A DNA stretch of 64,000 nucleotides. It comes from Marsupella aquatica (Eukaryota; Plantae; Marchantiophyta). Shown one piece after another: positions 1-13,400 of the stretch. The first letter of the stretch is position 1. Each line of letters begins with the position of its first letter. Under the pieces are notes generated by a model. That model did not search any database and was not told the DNA's origin. It saw only the letters and a list, made by a program, of their open reading frames with translations. The position numbers were made by a program, and so were the translations under genes. The stretch spans positions 23,272,015 to 23,336,014 of the forward strand of contig OZ316893.1 of NCBI GenBank assembly GCA_973895155.1. The letters run 5' to 3'.

Positions 1-139
1 CTGGCCAACAATCGAAAAAAGATCCCTCCTTCACCAGATGAGCAAAACTCAACCATAACCATTGCGACCGTCACTTTCAATGATACAAGTCATGTTCCGA
101 GAGTGCCAGAATCAGGGCCATATTCCATACAATGAATCC

Positions 140-205
140 TTCTCCCCGAACAGATGGAGAGGCGCAAATGAATTCTCCCCGAACAGATGGAGAGGCGCAA
201 ATGAA
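140..205. repeat. 33-bp perfect tandem duplication
   Basis: TTCTCCCCGAACAGATGGAGAGGCGCAAATGAA occurs twice back to back (140-172, 173-205). Confidence 0.9.
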
Positions 206-896
206 CCCAGTAGTATCATCACCGGGAGTAATTGAACCCATCACAGAAAAGAAACCGAAGAGGAATGGCGGAAAATCTTTGAAGTGAGCGGTCATTTGTT
301 ATCCGATTGTTCTTGTAAGCCCCTCTCCCCTCTTAATACCCTGGGCACTATAGGAACCCCGGGAAATTGCAAGTGAGGATTTAGGCCCGACTCACATGTG
401 GTAGCCTTGAAGAAAGCAACCCTTAGTATCTACAAAACCTTGGCAAAAAACCAGATCTGGATTGCCAACAAGATCTCTTGCCCTATAACATCTGCTTTTG
501 TGTTACTATGAAATCAAAGGTTGGGACTTCACGAGCCTGAATTTTTCTGGCCCTTGCCCTTGGGATTCCACAAATATTTCCGTCAGGAGGGGTTTCCGGC
601 ATATAACTCTAGCTGCATTTGTGAAGTTGAGGGCCACACTCTTCAGGACCCTGTACATGCCAGTTGGCCTGTCTGTGCAACAGTCTAAAGGAATAGGAAG
701 TTTTGAAGTTGATGGCATTGATGGATGGAGAGGCTTGTGAGTCAGCCATAGGCTTGATTGATGTTACCAAATCTGTCACATGAGGTCCAGGCTTGACCTG
801 ACCAGATTACCTCATTGGTTCATTCCTCCTAACGCTGTGGTTGTGCTCCATCCATAGTATTAGGGGGGCTTTAGTGTTATCTCCATAGTGCACCAT

Positions 897-1242
897 TTCA
901 CCCACTAAACTGTCGGATGGGGAAAAAATTGGCAATTGCCCCTCCCCATTGGTAACTCATATCTCTAAATCTATACGTTAGCTTCCAAATCCAAACTGTT
1001 GATAGCCAGTCTTAGAAAGAAAGGCAATCATCAAACCAATCTCTCATTCACAATTTGATTTTCATTAAGTGCATGAAAGACACAACCAGATCCTTTTGTA
1101 TAGTACAGTTTTAGGGGTGCATGGAGTGGAGGTCAGTTTGGGGGCTTTTTGGTGGGATTTGGATGGTCAATAGCAACATCGTCATCTGAGAGCCCATAAA
1201 CACACCCTATTTCTATTGTTTGAGGACTAATAGCTACCAAAC
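897..1242 (+). repeat. Dispersed repeat fragment, diverged copy of ~22845-23170 (probable transposon remnant)
   Basis: Shared blocks in the same order and orientation: GGCAATTGCCC, CTTCCAAATCCAAACTG, TTTGTATAGT, GGTCAGTTTGGGGGCT, ATAGCAACAT, TTTCTATTGTTTG. Confidence 0.75.
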
Positions 1243-2832
1243 AAGTGGAGATGCTTTGACAAGAACTAAAGGACAAACTTGACTTCCCATTTGTGTTTTA
1301 CACTACCCTGATACACATGTCATTTAGATTGACTCTTTACCAAAAAGGCGGTCGGGTAATACATTGAATAGGTTACTCAAGAATGAGATGCAACCTAGTT
1401 GTCCTTCAAAAGACTAATTCAAGAGGTGGTCTAAACTTTGACCAGAACTACTGTTCACATAGTCCATGTAAGATTGGGAGAAAAGCATGTAGGATTGAGA
1501 GATTCTTGCACAAGTCACCTCTCAATTTCATGTGAAGCCGTAATATACTGGTCACTACATATCAACTCTTGTGATGAAATTTAAAAGCAAAATATGGGAA
1601 CTAAGTGGTTGGTCATTTGTTGTTGGGTGGTTCTTGTAAAACCCCCTTTAATACCCTGGGCACTATCGTCGGCCTGGCAAAGTGCATGCTATCGGAGTTT
1701 CTATAGGGCAGTGCAACATATAGGATAATGCAGGTCTGGTTCGGGGTAACTAGCCTGTACTTCTGTGACCGAAAGTGAAGTAAACCTCATCGTTGATAGC
1801 ATTATTGTATGTAATTCCTGCCCAGAAAAAAGGTTAATTACTTCTGGGCAATAGATTATGGGAATAGCATTCAAAGAGACAATGCCCTGCCAAAACTCAT
1901 TAAATATGCCTCTTTTTCCCCCACAACCCATTGGAAGAAGACCACCGTGTTTCCCCATCCAGGCATCACTTTTCAGGCCTGGTTCTTTTTCCTTATTGCT
2001 TGTGCTCGAATGACCCAAATGCCAGTACCTAACTTTAAGTTCCTTTGGGGTTATTGAACCTACACACAATACACAGGTCTATGCCAGGAATATGCCAAGC
2101 CAGGGTCCACTTTATGCATGCGCGTGAAAACACTTTGCATGGCCATTGCGGCAAGAATGAACTGTGCATTAGCCGACCTTGGCATAGAGGTTTCCTAGAG
2201 ATGGCAGTGCAAAAGTGCAAACTTGTGGCATCATTTCCAAGTGCCCCAAATATACGTAGCCAAGCACAATGTCCATAGTTGAAGGCAGACGACATCATAT
2301 GCTGGCAGGGCATTGAATGAACATACGTAGCTTGGCATGGTGCAACAAAAAAACATGTAGGAAGGTGAAATGTGTTGTACAAGTCCAAGGTAAGTGACTA
2401 CATTCATTTTGTACACAAATGTCTTGATGGGTTTAACTATTTTACACTACGTTGTGAGAAAGATTGAATAATTGGAAGGAAGACCCAATACAATGGAAGG
2501 AAGAGGGAATATGTAACTCAATGAGAACACTACCATGCGTAAATAAAAACTAAATTGAGAATTTGCAATGATAATAGTGTTGTGAGTAATGAAAACTGTG
2601 TAAATTGTGTGCACCAAAAATTGAATAGTAAATGACTATATGTTTAACAAGATGATTGTATATCTAAATCTTTGTGAATTGACCGTCAATGAGAATGACT
2701 AAATGAGAAACCCTGCCTAGTGTGTTCTAACGGAGAACAATAATTATGTGTACATATTGAGAGTGATTGTATATCAATGAATGACGAGAGTATATTGCAT
2801 GCTTATACATTTTAGATTGACTAGATGTAAGT

Positions 2833-3175
2833 TGTTGAGCATAGACGACATTCGCAACGGCAAGCCCATGAACCATCCAACGTACAATAGTCAACACAGA
2901 GAGATACGTGATTCACCTCCACATGAGGTATGTCCACGGGAACACACAAGAGCTTTACTGCACTCTAGGCCGACCGGCCATACCAAGCATTCACAGCACA
3001 AGTTCTCCTTATCTCTCAACTAGCTCCGTAACAATGAGCCTAAGTTCCACCAGGGTCTGGCATCAGCCTTGGCTATATGCACACCAGCACTACCGCTAAC
3101 ATTAGCTAAGTCCTAACCCAAGTTAGACTAATTGTGGTTAGCTCATGAGTCACAAGACTAGAGCAATATCTAACA
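2833..3175 (-). mobile_element. Solo LTR related to the copia element at 8469-14256
   Basis: TGTT...AACA termini and a perfect 5-bp TSD TAAGT (2828-2832, 3176-3180). 2833-~3040 is a diverged reverse complement of the 3' ~210 nt of the copia LTR. Confidence 0.9.
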
Positions 3176-3273
3176 TAAGTGAAATCTAAGAATAAGTGTA
3201 ATTACCTAACAGAAATGATGTGTTTCTTTGGATTGCATGTAGTAGTCCTTACACTTTTATTTTTCAATGCCAG

Positions 3274-6200
3274 ATGTCTCATGGGAATGCCTCAAATGTC
3301 ATCAAATCAAGACATCACTATGGTGCACTACTATGTGACCAAATCTAGATTCCAACACCAGGGAAGTTTACTTCTGATGATTTGACCTGGTTTTATAAAG
3401 AAGCTTGGATTCCAAAATCCAGGCTGAATGATTTCTCAAAGGTGAGGAATGTAGTGAGAAATTTAACAGTTGCCTGGAAATAAAAGAGACAACAATAAGA
3501 AACAAAGAACGTGGTTGGTTGACCATAAGGTATCCTTGTTGTTATGGACCCAAAGATGTCAGGGGAGACGTACTTGAGAATCTACCAGAAAATAGAGTTC
3601 TTCAAAATGGAGAGAAACCACTACGGCAGACTACAAAAACTGGAGCATCTTTTAGGAGAGGTTGTAGATTAAGTTTTTCAGTGAATTTCAAGGAAATGGA
3701 ATGGCCCAATGCTTGCTCGCTTAAATTTACAAAGTTCAAACATGTTGACAAAATAGGGAATTTTGATCATGGTTGGGAGGATGGTCTGCATGGGATGTAG
3801 GGGCTCACATTGCCCCCATAATATCCATTGATCTTTGTGAGAGCATTGAGAGGCTCTTGCAAACAGGAGTCATTGAACTGGGAGTTTTAAAGGCCCAACA
3901 GGAAGAGCAACGTGAGCATAGAAAGAATTGAGTTCAATGATGATAGAGCCAATGTAATTTGGACAAGGGACATGGGACTAGATTTGAAGGATTTGAAGGA
4001 TCTGAAGAAAGTTATTAGCAATTGGAAAGTCACTAGGCAAGTGATGATGCTCTGGGATGCAAGTTGTGGGTGAAGGGGCTAATGGTTTTCAAGTGCTATT
4101 GTACCAAGAGAGGGATGAGAAGACACAAACACCATTTATGTTGGTGATTATGCTTCATGTTTTGACATATAGTAAAATTATACATAAATGTAGAGGGTGA
4201 AACTCAGAATAGTATGTTGAGTACAGCCACAAAAAAAGAGTAACCGTAAATACTCCCCTTCAAACTGCTAACTCACCAAACCTGAGGTTCAATTTACTAA
4301 ATGGTCCTTTAGAAATACTTTTTTGGCTGGGAACGTGTGGTAGGGAGTCTCATCCTTGTGACGGGAGGCACTCCACAGGGCTGCTGAACTTAGACTCTAC
4401 AGCCTAGCTCCCCCCTTCCCTGTGAAATGTAGATGTGGCGATGGAGCTTGCTTGTAGCTGATTGAGAACTCAGAGAAGTTGTCATCTCTTTAGAGAGATC
4501 TAGAGGCTTGAATCAAACTAATCCTAGCTCAATCAGTTTTCTTAGCCATCAATTTCTTGCAAGTACCGTAATGGATTTTGTGAATTCAAATAGTCCTCAT
4601 CAATCCGACAAGGATCACAATGAATGTGATAGCTCCTTAGACAGGAGTGACTCTGGATCAGATAGCTCTGTACATAGGAATGATGATGAGAATCTATTTA
4701 ACAAAATTGAAGACAAATGGATGTTGAAGGTCTACCACCGCACACAACATAGAAGCTCTTCATCAATTGCAGAGGCCATCCCGTGCGGAATATCAATCTC
4801 TTTACTTACGCATTTCAATCTTGACTGTTATCTCTTGTTACTCCTGGCGTTATCTCTTTGGATCCTCCTCTATCGGTTGTTGAGCGTCAAACCTCTATGG
4901 TAGTGCACAAAGTTGTCCATGGCAGCAGGCACAAAGTGTCTTACAGCAGTCCCGAGAGCGGTCCATAGTGTAAAACGTGAGAAACTCTAGGTGACTTAGA
5001 ATAAAGTCACTTTTGAAAACATTAGTGCACTTTCACTCGGTAAATGAACACGTAAAAGTCCATGTGGGGCTCAAACCTTAACTCACCTGGAACCTGTGTC
5101 AAAATAGCGGGCGACTCACCAGCATTTTGACACTTTATAGAAAACTCTATTACTATTGAAAAGTTTCAGTGGTGATTCTAACCTTGGCTCTCTAATGTTA
5201 TACAATATTCTTTGTACACTATGCTCTGATTTCATGAATTCCAACATGTTGGACTCTAATGGACACCCACAAAGAGCGAGATTTATTGCAAGTTTTGACT
5301 GTGGTCAAGGTAGCTGTGAAAAGAACCAGACAAGATGACCTACATTGCATGGGCTCTGGCTTGTTTTATAATGGATTGTGTAGTTGAAGAGAAAAATGTG
5401 TTAAGGTAATTTGACCCCAACAGAGTAAAAATTCCAATAATTATTCAAAATATCTTGTCATTATATTATATCATCTTACTCCATGTGCTTTGGCAGTGAG
5501 GTTTGGCCAGGTGCTCCAATCACTTTATGTGTGTGGCATGTGAGGAGAGCATGAACTAAAAACATACTGAAAAAGGGAGAGATCCACATTCCCATGCAAG
5601 AATGAATAAATAGCTTGGAGACCTCATGTACCACAAAAACAAAGGTAAACTCTGACCTTATTTGTCTTTTCTTTCACATAGAAGGCTCTGGCTTATTTTA
5701 TTCAGTATATATTTTATTTAGTGTTTATTCAGGGTATACCCTCTCGAAGAGTCCCTCATGGCATCATGGGGAGATGAGCAACCACTATTTGTGGAGTATT
5801 ACAAAACTTCCAGGCATTGTAAGATCAGTAAGTGGGTGATAAATTTCAGGACCTTCAACCATGCCAACCAGAACACCAATGGGGCGATTGAGAGATGGCA
5901 TGGAACTCTGAAGCAGTACTACAAGTGCGAAGAGAAATCTACTAAGGTAGGGCGGAAGGTTGTTTGGCTAGTAGAACAATTGATTAACCATCTTGAACAC
6001 CATTATTGGTATATGTCTTGTATGAAGTGGCAAGGGCGGGTCAGAAATCGGAAAATTGAAGACATCATCTGGAAAGCCATCTTGAAGGCAAGGACTATTC
6101 CTGTAGATGATGTGAAGTATGAGGAAGGCAACAATGTTGCATTTGTATGCAACCAGAAAAAACCAGGAGAAGGATACCTTGAATGGCGATACGTGTGTGT

Positions 6201-6990
6201 GCACCTGTGGATCCAACATGCATGCAGGGAAACACTTGTAAGCATCTGGTGAATTTATATCTTACCTAGCCACAACTGTAATTTCATATGAAATATGAAA
6301 CTAATTATATTGACAATGTCTCATATTACTTGTGTTTCTCTATTGATGTACAGATAAAATTATTGCTTATGAGTGGCATGTGTGACTCCAAGGTTCTTCA
6401 AACCTATCGAACTCACTATGGCACTATGGTGGGTGGGCTCACATTTGAGAGGGCACAGTGTGGCCAAAGCCTAATATGGAAGTGGCTAGCGTGACTTTGC
6501 CAATCAGACATCTAGCCAGCAATGATTCAGATGAGGGGAATGTAGATGAGCTTGTATTGGAGGATTGTGAGCAAGAAAAGGAGGATCCAACTTTCAACTA
6601 TGGGCATTATGAGAAAGTGTTAATTAAAGGAGATTTATGGTAAAGTTGAGAGCACTCCTCATTTGAATAGCATTGGCATGACTGGGTTGCTAAAATTACA
6701 GGATGAATTATTTTCACTTGGGGCTAGATATGACTCTGTACAAATTGGGCCAACTCCATTGTTGAAGATGCCAAATCCACCAGCATTTGAAATTGAGGCT
6801 GACTGTAGCTTGAAAAGGAAGGAGCCTTTTGTGGACAAGATGTGCAAGAGGGGAAGACACTTACAAAATTCACAGAGAAGCTCAACTTTGGCTGAGGCCC
6901 CAGTTCGTGCAGCTCCCTTTGTCAGAATTGTTACAACGTGAGAGCCGGATCATCAAAAACTTGACAAGGTAGCGTTGGCAAGTTTGGGTC
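3274..6990 (+). pseudogene. MULE (MuDRA/FAR1-like) transposase pseudogene with SWIM zinc finger
   Basis: Fragments read YPCCYGPKD..RRGCRLSF..H (N-terminal Zn domain), FIMDC, PITLCVWHVRRA* (CxWH motif), TNGAIERWHGTLK and CVCTCGSN..CKHL (SWIM, frameshifted by an ATGC duplication near 6218). Many stops and frameshifts; ends approximate. Confidence 0.8.
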
Positions 6991-8468
6991 TGAACCAGGA
7001 GCATGATTGGCATCTCACAACATCAATGGGGCGTTACAAGAAGCCTACAAACAGGTTAGCAGTCAAAAGACAAATGTTGATAGTGAGAATAGGGATCCTT
7101 GTGCAACATAGATAATGAAAACAATGTGAGACGACTTGTAAAGGTGAAACCAGTTAGGGAGAAAAAGGCCCTTGGCTATCAAATGAGCTCCCAAACCACC
7201 TGTTTAGAAAAGGCCCCTAGTCAGTAAGGTAGTAAAGTTGTAGAAGAGAAAACATCTTGTATAGTTGAAATGAGTCCTATTTGCCTAAGTGAGGTGACTG
7301 TCCTTCATGTATACCCTGGTATTTCTCTGGAAAGTCAGCTAAGGCAGTTCCAGGCCTCTTATGTAGAAGAAATAAAGGATTAAATAGAGATGTAAAAGGC
7401 ATTGATACCGGCATGACTTCCATTTTGAAGAATACAATTTTTATGAAGTATTGTTATTCACTGTCGGATTGTCCAATTGAGTCCATTTTGGGAGACTTTC
7501 ATCAAATTTGTTGCTCTGGACTTTAACCAGTGCATTTAACTTGCTTTGAACTTAAGCTCCTTTTGTATACATTTGGCCAGTGTATTTCGAGTTCCTCATA
7601 TATACCCAACATTTAAATAATTTGTTTAGAACATAAGAGTTGCCTTTGTGTCAACTTGTGCATTAAGTTTAGGGTACTCGGCTTTGCTTCTCCATGGCCG
7701 TGCATAATTTCCTTCCAAGTGCTTCTGAAAGTTACATTGGGGTCAATCCAAAGGTGTATCATCGCATGTATATTGTCGTGAAATTGACATCTCTGAGATT
7801 GTCATTCTTCATTTGGAGTTTCAATGAAGCTAGTGCATTCGCTACTAGAAACTAGTACAATCTAAGGGCCAACAGTAATGCCCGTGGCGCTAGACATGCT
7901 ATTGTATCATCGTTGTGTTCCCGAGCCCAATCTTCATGTTAACAAACATCCTCATTGACTATAATTTGCCTCCACCATGCTGCAAACTATCTTCACCTTC
8001 CCCTCCTTAAATCTTCATTAAATCTCCTTAAATCTCAATCGACATTGAACATCCAACATAATCAACCTGTGGAAACTGAGTTCACATGACAGTAGAACTA
8101 TCAAAGCTTGAATACAAGATTGAATGCAAGATGGAGTCAATACACAACAAGTCCAAAAATTGTCACACTTTACTGAAATTTGATCCATAAACTCCTTATG
8201 GACAAGTGACGATTGCATTTCAGCTTTGCCAATCAGACAATCAAAAAGATTTGAAGTTCCCATGACTATGTTGCAACTAAACTAATCAAACATGGACATT
8301 GTCTAAGCTCTGAAGCAATTCCTAAAGCTTTGCCTTGATGTCACCAAGACCTGCTCTGTTCTCTGGAGCTGCAGGGGATGATGCCAATGTCTGCCCCATC
8401 TGTTAGCAAATCAAAGCTCTGAAGGCGTCAACCTCCGGGATGGTGTGGCCCGCATGGTATGCCTCTAG

Positions 8469-8853
8469 TGTTGGGTATTTACTCTTACGTCTAGGTTAGG
8501 TATGACGTGGTTGGTACAACAACGTGGGTTGGTACAACTATGTGGTTAGGTATAACTACGTGATTAGGTACAACTATGTGGTTAGGTACAACTAAGTTGC
8601 ACACTATATCATAAGAGGCATGTGTGCTTGGAGAGGAAGGACCAAGGCTCATTGTTATGGAGCCACTTGAGAGATAGGGAGAGCTTACACTGTGGAGACT
8701 CGGTATAGCCGACGGGCTTAGAGTTCAGTAAAGCTCTCTTGTGTGTTCCCGTGGACGTAGCCTCAAGGAGGTGAACCACGTATCTCTTGTGTCGACTATT
8801 GTGCGTTGGATGGTTCATGGGCTTGCCGTTGCGATCGTCGTCTATGCTCAACA
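8469..8853 (+). repeat. Copia 5' LTR with ~5 x 18-bp tandem repeats in U3
   Basis: TGTTGGG...CTCAACA. GTGGTT(A)GGTACAACTAT-like units at ~8507-8596 precede a TATA-like CTATATCATAA. Confidence 0.97.
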
Positions 8854-8855
8854 AT

Positions 8856-8867
8856 TGGTATCAGAGC
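8856..8867 (+). promoter_or_regulatory. Primer binding site for initiator tRNA-Met
   Basis: TGGTATCAGAGC, 2 nt after the 5' LTR. Confidence 0.95.
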
Positions 8868-9367
8868 ATGCTTGGGAGGTGACGTGTGTTCGTGACGGGA
8901 TTTCATTATGGTTTTTCCAGCGTTGAGTGTCGGTGGATTTCCCGGAGTTCCGTCGCATGGAACTTGGAGTTTATGGGCTCAACGGATAGATCGGGGCAAG
9001 AGCTTTCTAACGGTGTGAAGAAATTGCTGAACGGAGCTCGTGGTGCAGAGAGATCTAAGTTTTCGTCGTTCTGGATTTTGTGAAGAAAGTTGGCAATCGA
9101 CTCGGAGGGAGAAGCGTCAAGTGTTTTGACTCAACGGAGAGATTGAGGCAAGACGATTATTTTGAGTCCGGGATTGGCTCTTTGATGCAAAGAGGAAGGC
9201 TAAGCAAAATCAATTACCTTGTTGGATTGGTGACGGCACCAAGTGCAATTGATCAACATTTGTTGTTGACAAGTATTGGACTCCTAGCTTTGTGGGCTAC
9301 GCGGCGGTGTTGAGTTTCGAGTTTTTTGAGAAGTTGTGAAAAACAACAATTTTTGTGATTTTCTCAT

Positions 9368-10408
9368 ATGAGTGATTCGGAGGAATTTTTCGAAGACGTG
9401 GAACTTGAAGCACGAGGATCACCGCGGCGGTTTCAGGGGCAGAGAGAGGAGCAGGAGGAAGAGCACGTGACACCGATACTATCACCGGTGCGGCGTGTGG
9501 TGGAGGAAGCAGTACTACTACCGGAGCTCACGGTAGTGCCAAAGAAGAAGATGGAGACTTTCAAGCTTGGGGGACCCAAGTATGAAGTGACAAAGTATGA
9601 TGGGCGCTCTGACTACTTGCTATGGGAGAAGCAGGTGAAGGGAGTGCTCTATGCGTCAGGGATGGGCCAACTGCTGAGCACTCGTGAAGACGATGTTGAT
9701 GAGAAACAATGGGACCGCATGCAGGAGCAGGGAGTGTGGTGTGTTACACTCTATCTCATGCCTCCCATCATCAAGCAGTTGGGTGCACATAAGGATTGCA
9801 TGTCCTTGTTTGCGGAATTGCAGAGCAAGTATCACCGCAAGGAGTTGTCGAACCGGCTCTACACTTCCTACAAACTCATGAGTTTCAGGATGAAGGAATC
9901 CGACACAAAGTTGCAAGACCATGTGGATGCTTTCAACGACATGGTCGTTGACTTGGAAAACCTTGGGGAGACTTTGAATGATGAGACGAAGGCTCTACAA
10001 CTTCTTAGTTCATTGCCTCCATCTTACCAGTCCCTATCACGAGTGTTGTTGCATCGTGATAGGGATACCATTTCATATAATGACGTGGTAAGTTCTCTGC
10101 TTAGTGATGATCTTCAGCAGAAGATGCACATCACATCACAGCCTTCATCATCTGGTGCTGCCCTCAATGTTAACCGTGGGAGGGGTATGCAGCGACCAAC
10201 TGGGGACCGTAGAACCCAGTTTAGATCTAAATCCAGATCTAAGTCCAAGGGTAAATCCCCTCAGAGGAGGCAGGTGACATGTTGGAAGTGCAACCAAGTT
10301 GGACACTTCAAGCGAGACTGTAAGGGAAAGGCAACGGAAACTTCATCGGCAAATGTGGCTAGGGCTGATGGAGAAGCTGATTTACTCAATGATGAATATG
10401 TTTTATGA
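9368..10408 (+). CDS. gag: Copia Gag (346 aa) with CCHC zinc knuckle
   Basis: KYDGRSDYLLW, LQLLSSLPPSY and CWKCNQVGHFKRDC motifs; ends at TGA 10406-10408. Confidence 0.93.
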   Translation: MSDSEEFFEDVELEARGSPRRFQGQREEQEEEHVTPILSPVRRVVEEAVLLPELTVVPKKKMETFKLGGPKYEVTKYDGRSDYLLWEKQVKGVLYASGMGQLLSTREDDVDEKQWDRMQEQGVWCVTLYLMPPIIKQLGAHKDCMSLFAELQSKYHRKELSNRLYTSYKLMSFRMKESDTKLQDHVDAFNDMVVDLENLGETLNDETKALQLLSSLPPSYQSLSRVLLHRDRDTISYNDVVSSLLSDDLQQKMHITSQPSSSGAALNVNRGRGMQRPTGDRRTQFRSKSRSKSKGKSPQRRQVTCWKCNQVGHFKRDCKGKATETSSANVARADGEADLLNDEYVL

Positions 10409-13400
10409 AGCCGGGGGTATGCCCTGTGCACGTCATCTAGGAGAGCAGATGATGTGTGGATTCTTGATTGTGCTTGCTCTTTTCATATTTGTTACATTCG
10501 TGAGTTTTTCAGTTCTTACTCTATTTCAAACGGTTCAGTTCTGATGGGAAATGATCACTCCTGTCAAATTGAGGGAATTGGGTCTGTGAAGATTCAAATG
10601 TTTGATGGCGCTGTGCGCACAGTGTCCGGAGTCAGGTATGTACCTGGCATGCGTAAGAATCTGATTTCACTCGGTGTGTTGGATTCAAATGGTCATCAAT
10701 GGAGCGTTATTGATGGTGAACTTCAAGTCAGGTCGGGAGAGACAGTGATTTTGAAGGGAAGTAGGCAAAAGAATTTGTATGTGTTACAGGGCAATACTGT
10801 ATGTGGAGAGGCCAATGTAACCAAGTCTCACGAGGAGATGACTCAACTGTGGCATTCACGGCTAGGCCACATGAGTGAGAAGGGTTTGGCTATCTTACGG
10901 AAGAATGGACTCATTTCTGATTTGCAATCTTGTAAATTAGAGTTTTGTGAGCATTGCATTCTTGGAAAGCAGCATCGTCGTGCTTTTGGTGTTGGAACTC
11001 ATCGTTCCAAAGCGGTTCTTGAGTACATACATAGTGACGTGTGGGGTCCATCCCCGACTCCCTCACACTCTGGAAAGTTGTACTATGTATCATTTATTGA
11101 TGATTACTCAAGATTTGTGTGGATTTATTTCATGACGCATAAGTCTGATGTCTTGTCCATTTTTAAGAAGTGGAAGGCCCAGGTGGAGAATCAGACTGGA
11201 AACACGATCAAGTGTTTAGATACAAGGGTGAAGAGTCTGAGGTCAGACAACGGCGGGGAGTACACTTCAATGGAATTTGAAGAGTACTGTTCAGAACAGG
11301 GGATAACTCGCCATCTCATCATAGTTTATACTCCGCAGCAGAATGGTGTCGCTGAGAGGCTCAATCGGACACTGTTGGAGCGGTCACGGAGTATGTTGAG
11401 CCAATCAGGTTTACCACAAGAATTTTGGGCAGAAGCTATCAATACCGCAGCTTATTTGGTAAATCTTTCTCCTTCTAGTGCTATCAATTTCAAAACGCCA
11501 TTTGAGATGCGCTATAAGCGGCAAGCAGACTATCATGGCTTGGTAGTTTTTGGAAGTGATGCATATGCTCTCACACCGAAGCAGAATAGGACCAAGTTGG
11601 ATCCTACCTCCAAGAAATGTGTTTTTCTTGGGTACCAGAGTGGTGTGAAAGCCTATAGGCTATGGGATCCTATTGCCTGTAAGCTCGTTGTCAGTAGGGA
11701 TGTTTCCTTCAATGAATCCAGATTATTGAAGGAGGGGGAGAATACTCAGGTCTCCCGTACTGACAAAGGAAAATCTCCTATCCCGGATCTCGTTGAGGGG
11801 GAGATTGGTTATGAGGTGCATGACCGGAGAGAAGGAGTTGCTCCAATTATGGAGCTGGTTCCTGTGCCAGAAGAACCAGAGGAGTTTGTTGATGCTGGTG
11901 AGCAGCAAGTAGATGTTGTTGAGCTTCAAATTGTACCAGCACACGCAGATCAACCGGAGTCATCGGCTAGAAGAACATCTGGTCGCACTGTACGCGCTCC
12001 ACCAAGGTATGGACAGTGGGTTGATTCATCTCAACTGCAAGAGGATGATTTTACAGCTGATGATGAGGGTGATGCGTTAATTTTGGAAGAAGGGGAACCT
12101 TCTTCATTTCATGAGGCAAGTGCTTCAAAGGAGAAGCAGAAGTGGACTGCAGCAATGCAAACGGAGATGCAGTCACTAAAGGACAACAAAACTTGGGAGC
12201 TTGTTAAGCTGCCTAAGGGTCAGCAAGTGGTGGACAGCAAGTGGATTTACAAGTTAAAGGATAATTCCATAGGAGGTGGATCGAAGGTCTACAAGGCTAG
12301 ATTGGTAGCAAAGGGATTCACACAAGAGAAAGGTGTGGATTACAATGAGGTCTTCTCACCAGTTGCTAAGTACTCTACAATACGACTATTGTGTGTACTT
12401 GTTGTAATATTTGGTCTGCTGCTAGATCAGATGGATGTTGTCACAGCTTTCCTCTATGGCACATTGGAAGAGGTGATCTTCATGAGACAACCGCTAGGTT
12501 TTGTGAAGAGAGGACAGGAGGAATTGGTTTGCAGATTGCTGAAATCCTTGTATGGGTTGAAGCAGTCACCAAGACAATGGAACAAGCGGTTTGACGATTG
12601 GATTCGGTCACAAGGTTTTCACAGAAGTGTATTTGACCCTTGTGTGTATTTGAAACCGGTAAAGAATGTTGTCTTTGGGTTCATTGTTTTAGTACTTTAT
12701 GTGGATGATATGCTAATTGCAGCCAAGGATAGGTCTGAGATTGTTAAGCTCAAGGCACTGCTTAGTGTAGAGTTTAAGATGAAGGACTTAGGGCCAGCTA
12801 AGAGGATTTTGGGTATGGAGATCACTAGGGACTTGGAGGCTGGCAAGCTATGGTTGACGCAGAGCAGTTATGCGAGGAAGGTAATTGCAAGGTTCAACAT
12901 GGGGAATAGCAAGCCAATAAGTACCCCGTTGGCTCCACACTTCAAGTTATCATCAGCGTTCTGTCCTACGGATGACACAGAGAAGGGGTTGATGTCAAAG
13001 GTTCCGTATGACAAGGCAGTGTGGAGTCTCATGTATTTGATGACTTGCACTAGACCTGATCTTGCCATGGCTATGGGCAAGGTGAGCAGGTACATGTCGA
13101 ATCCAGGGAAGGTACACTGGGAAGCAGTGAAGTGGATTATCAGGTACTTGAAGGGTACCGTGGATCATGGTCTTTTATTTGATGCGAATGCAAAGAATGC
13201 TAAATCATTGATTGGCTATGTTGATTCTGACTATGGACAAGATTTGGACCGAAGGAGATCAACAACAGGATACGTGTTCACACTTGGCGGTGGATGCATA
13301 AGTTGGAGGTCTACTTTGCAGAAGTGTATTGCTCAGTCTACTACAGAAACGGAGTATGTTGCAGCTGCGGAAGCAGCAAAGGAAGCGATTTGGTTGGATA

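Noticed and set aside
4508-4903. 131-aa ORF as a host gene
   Set aside because: No recognisable domain, and it lies within an insertion inside a dead transposase.
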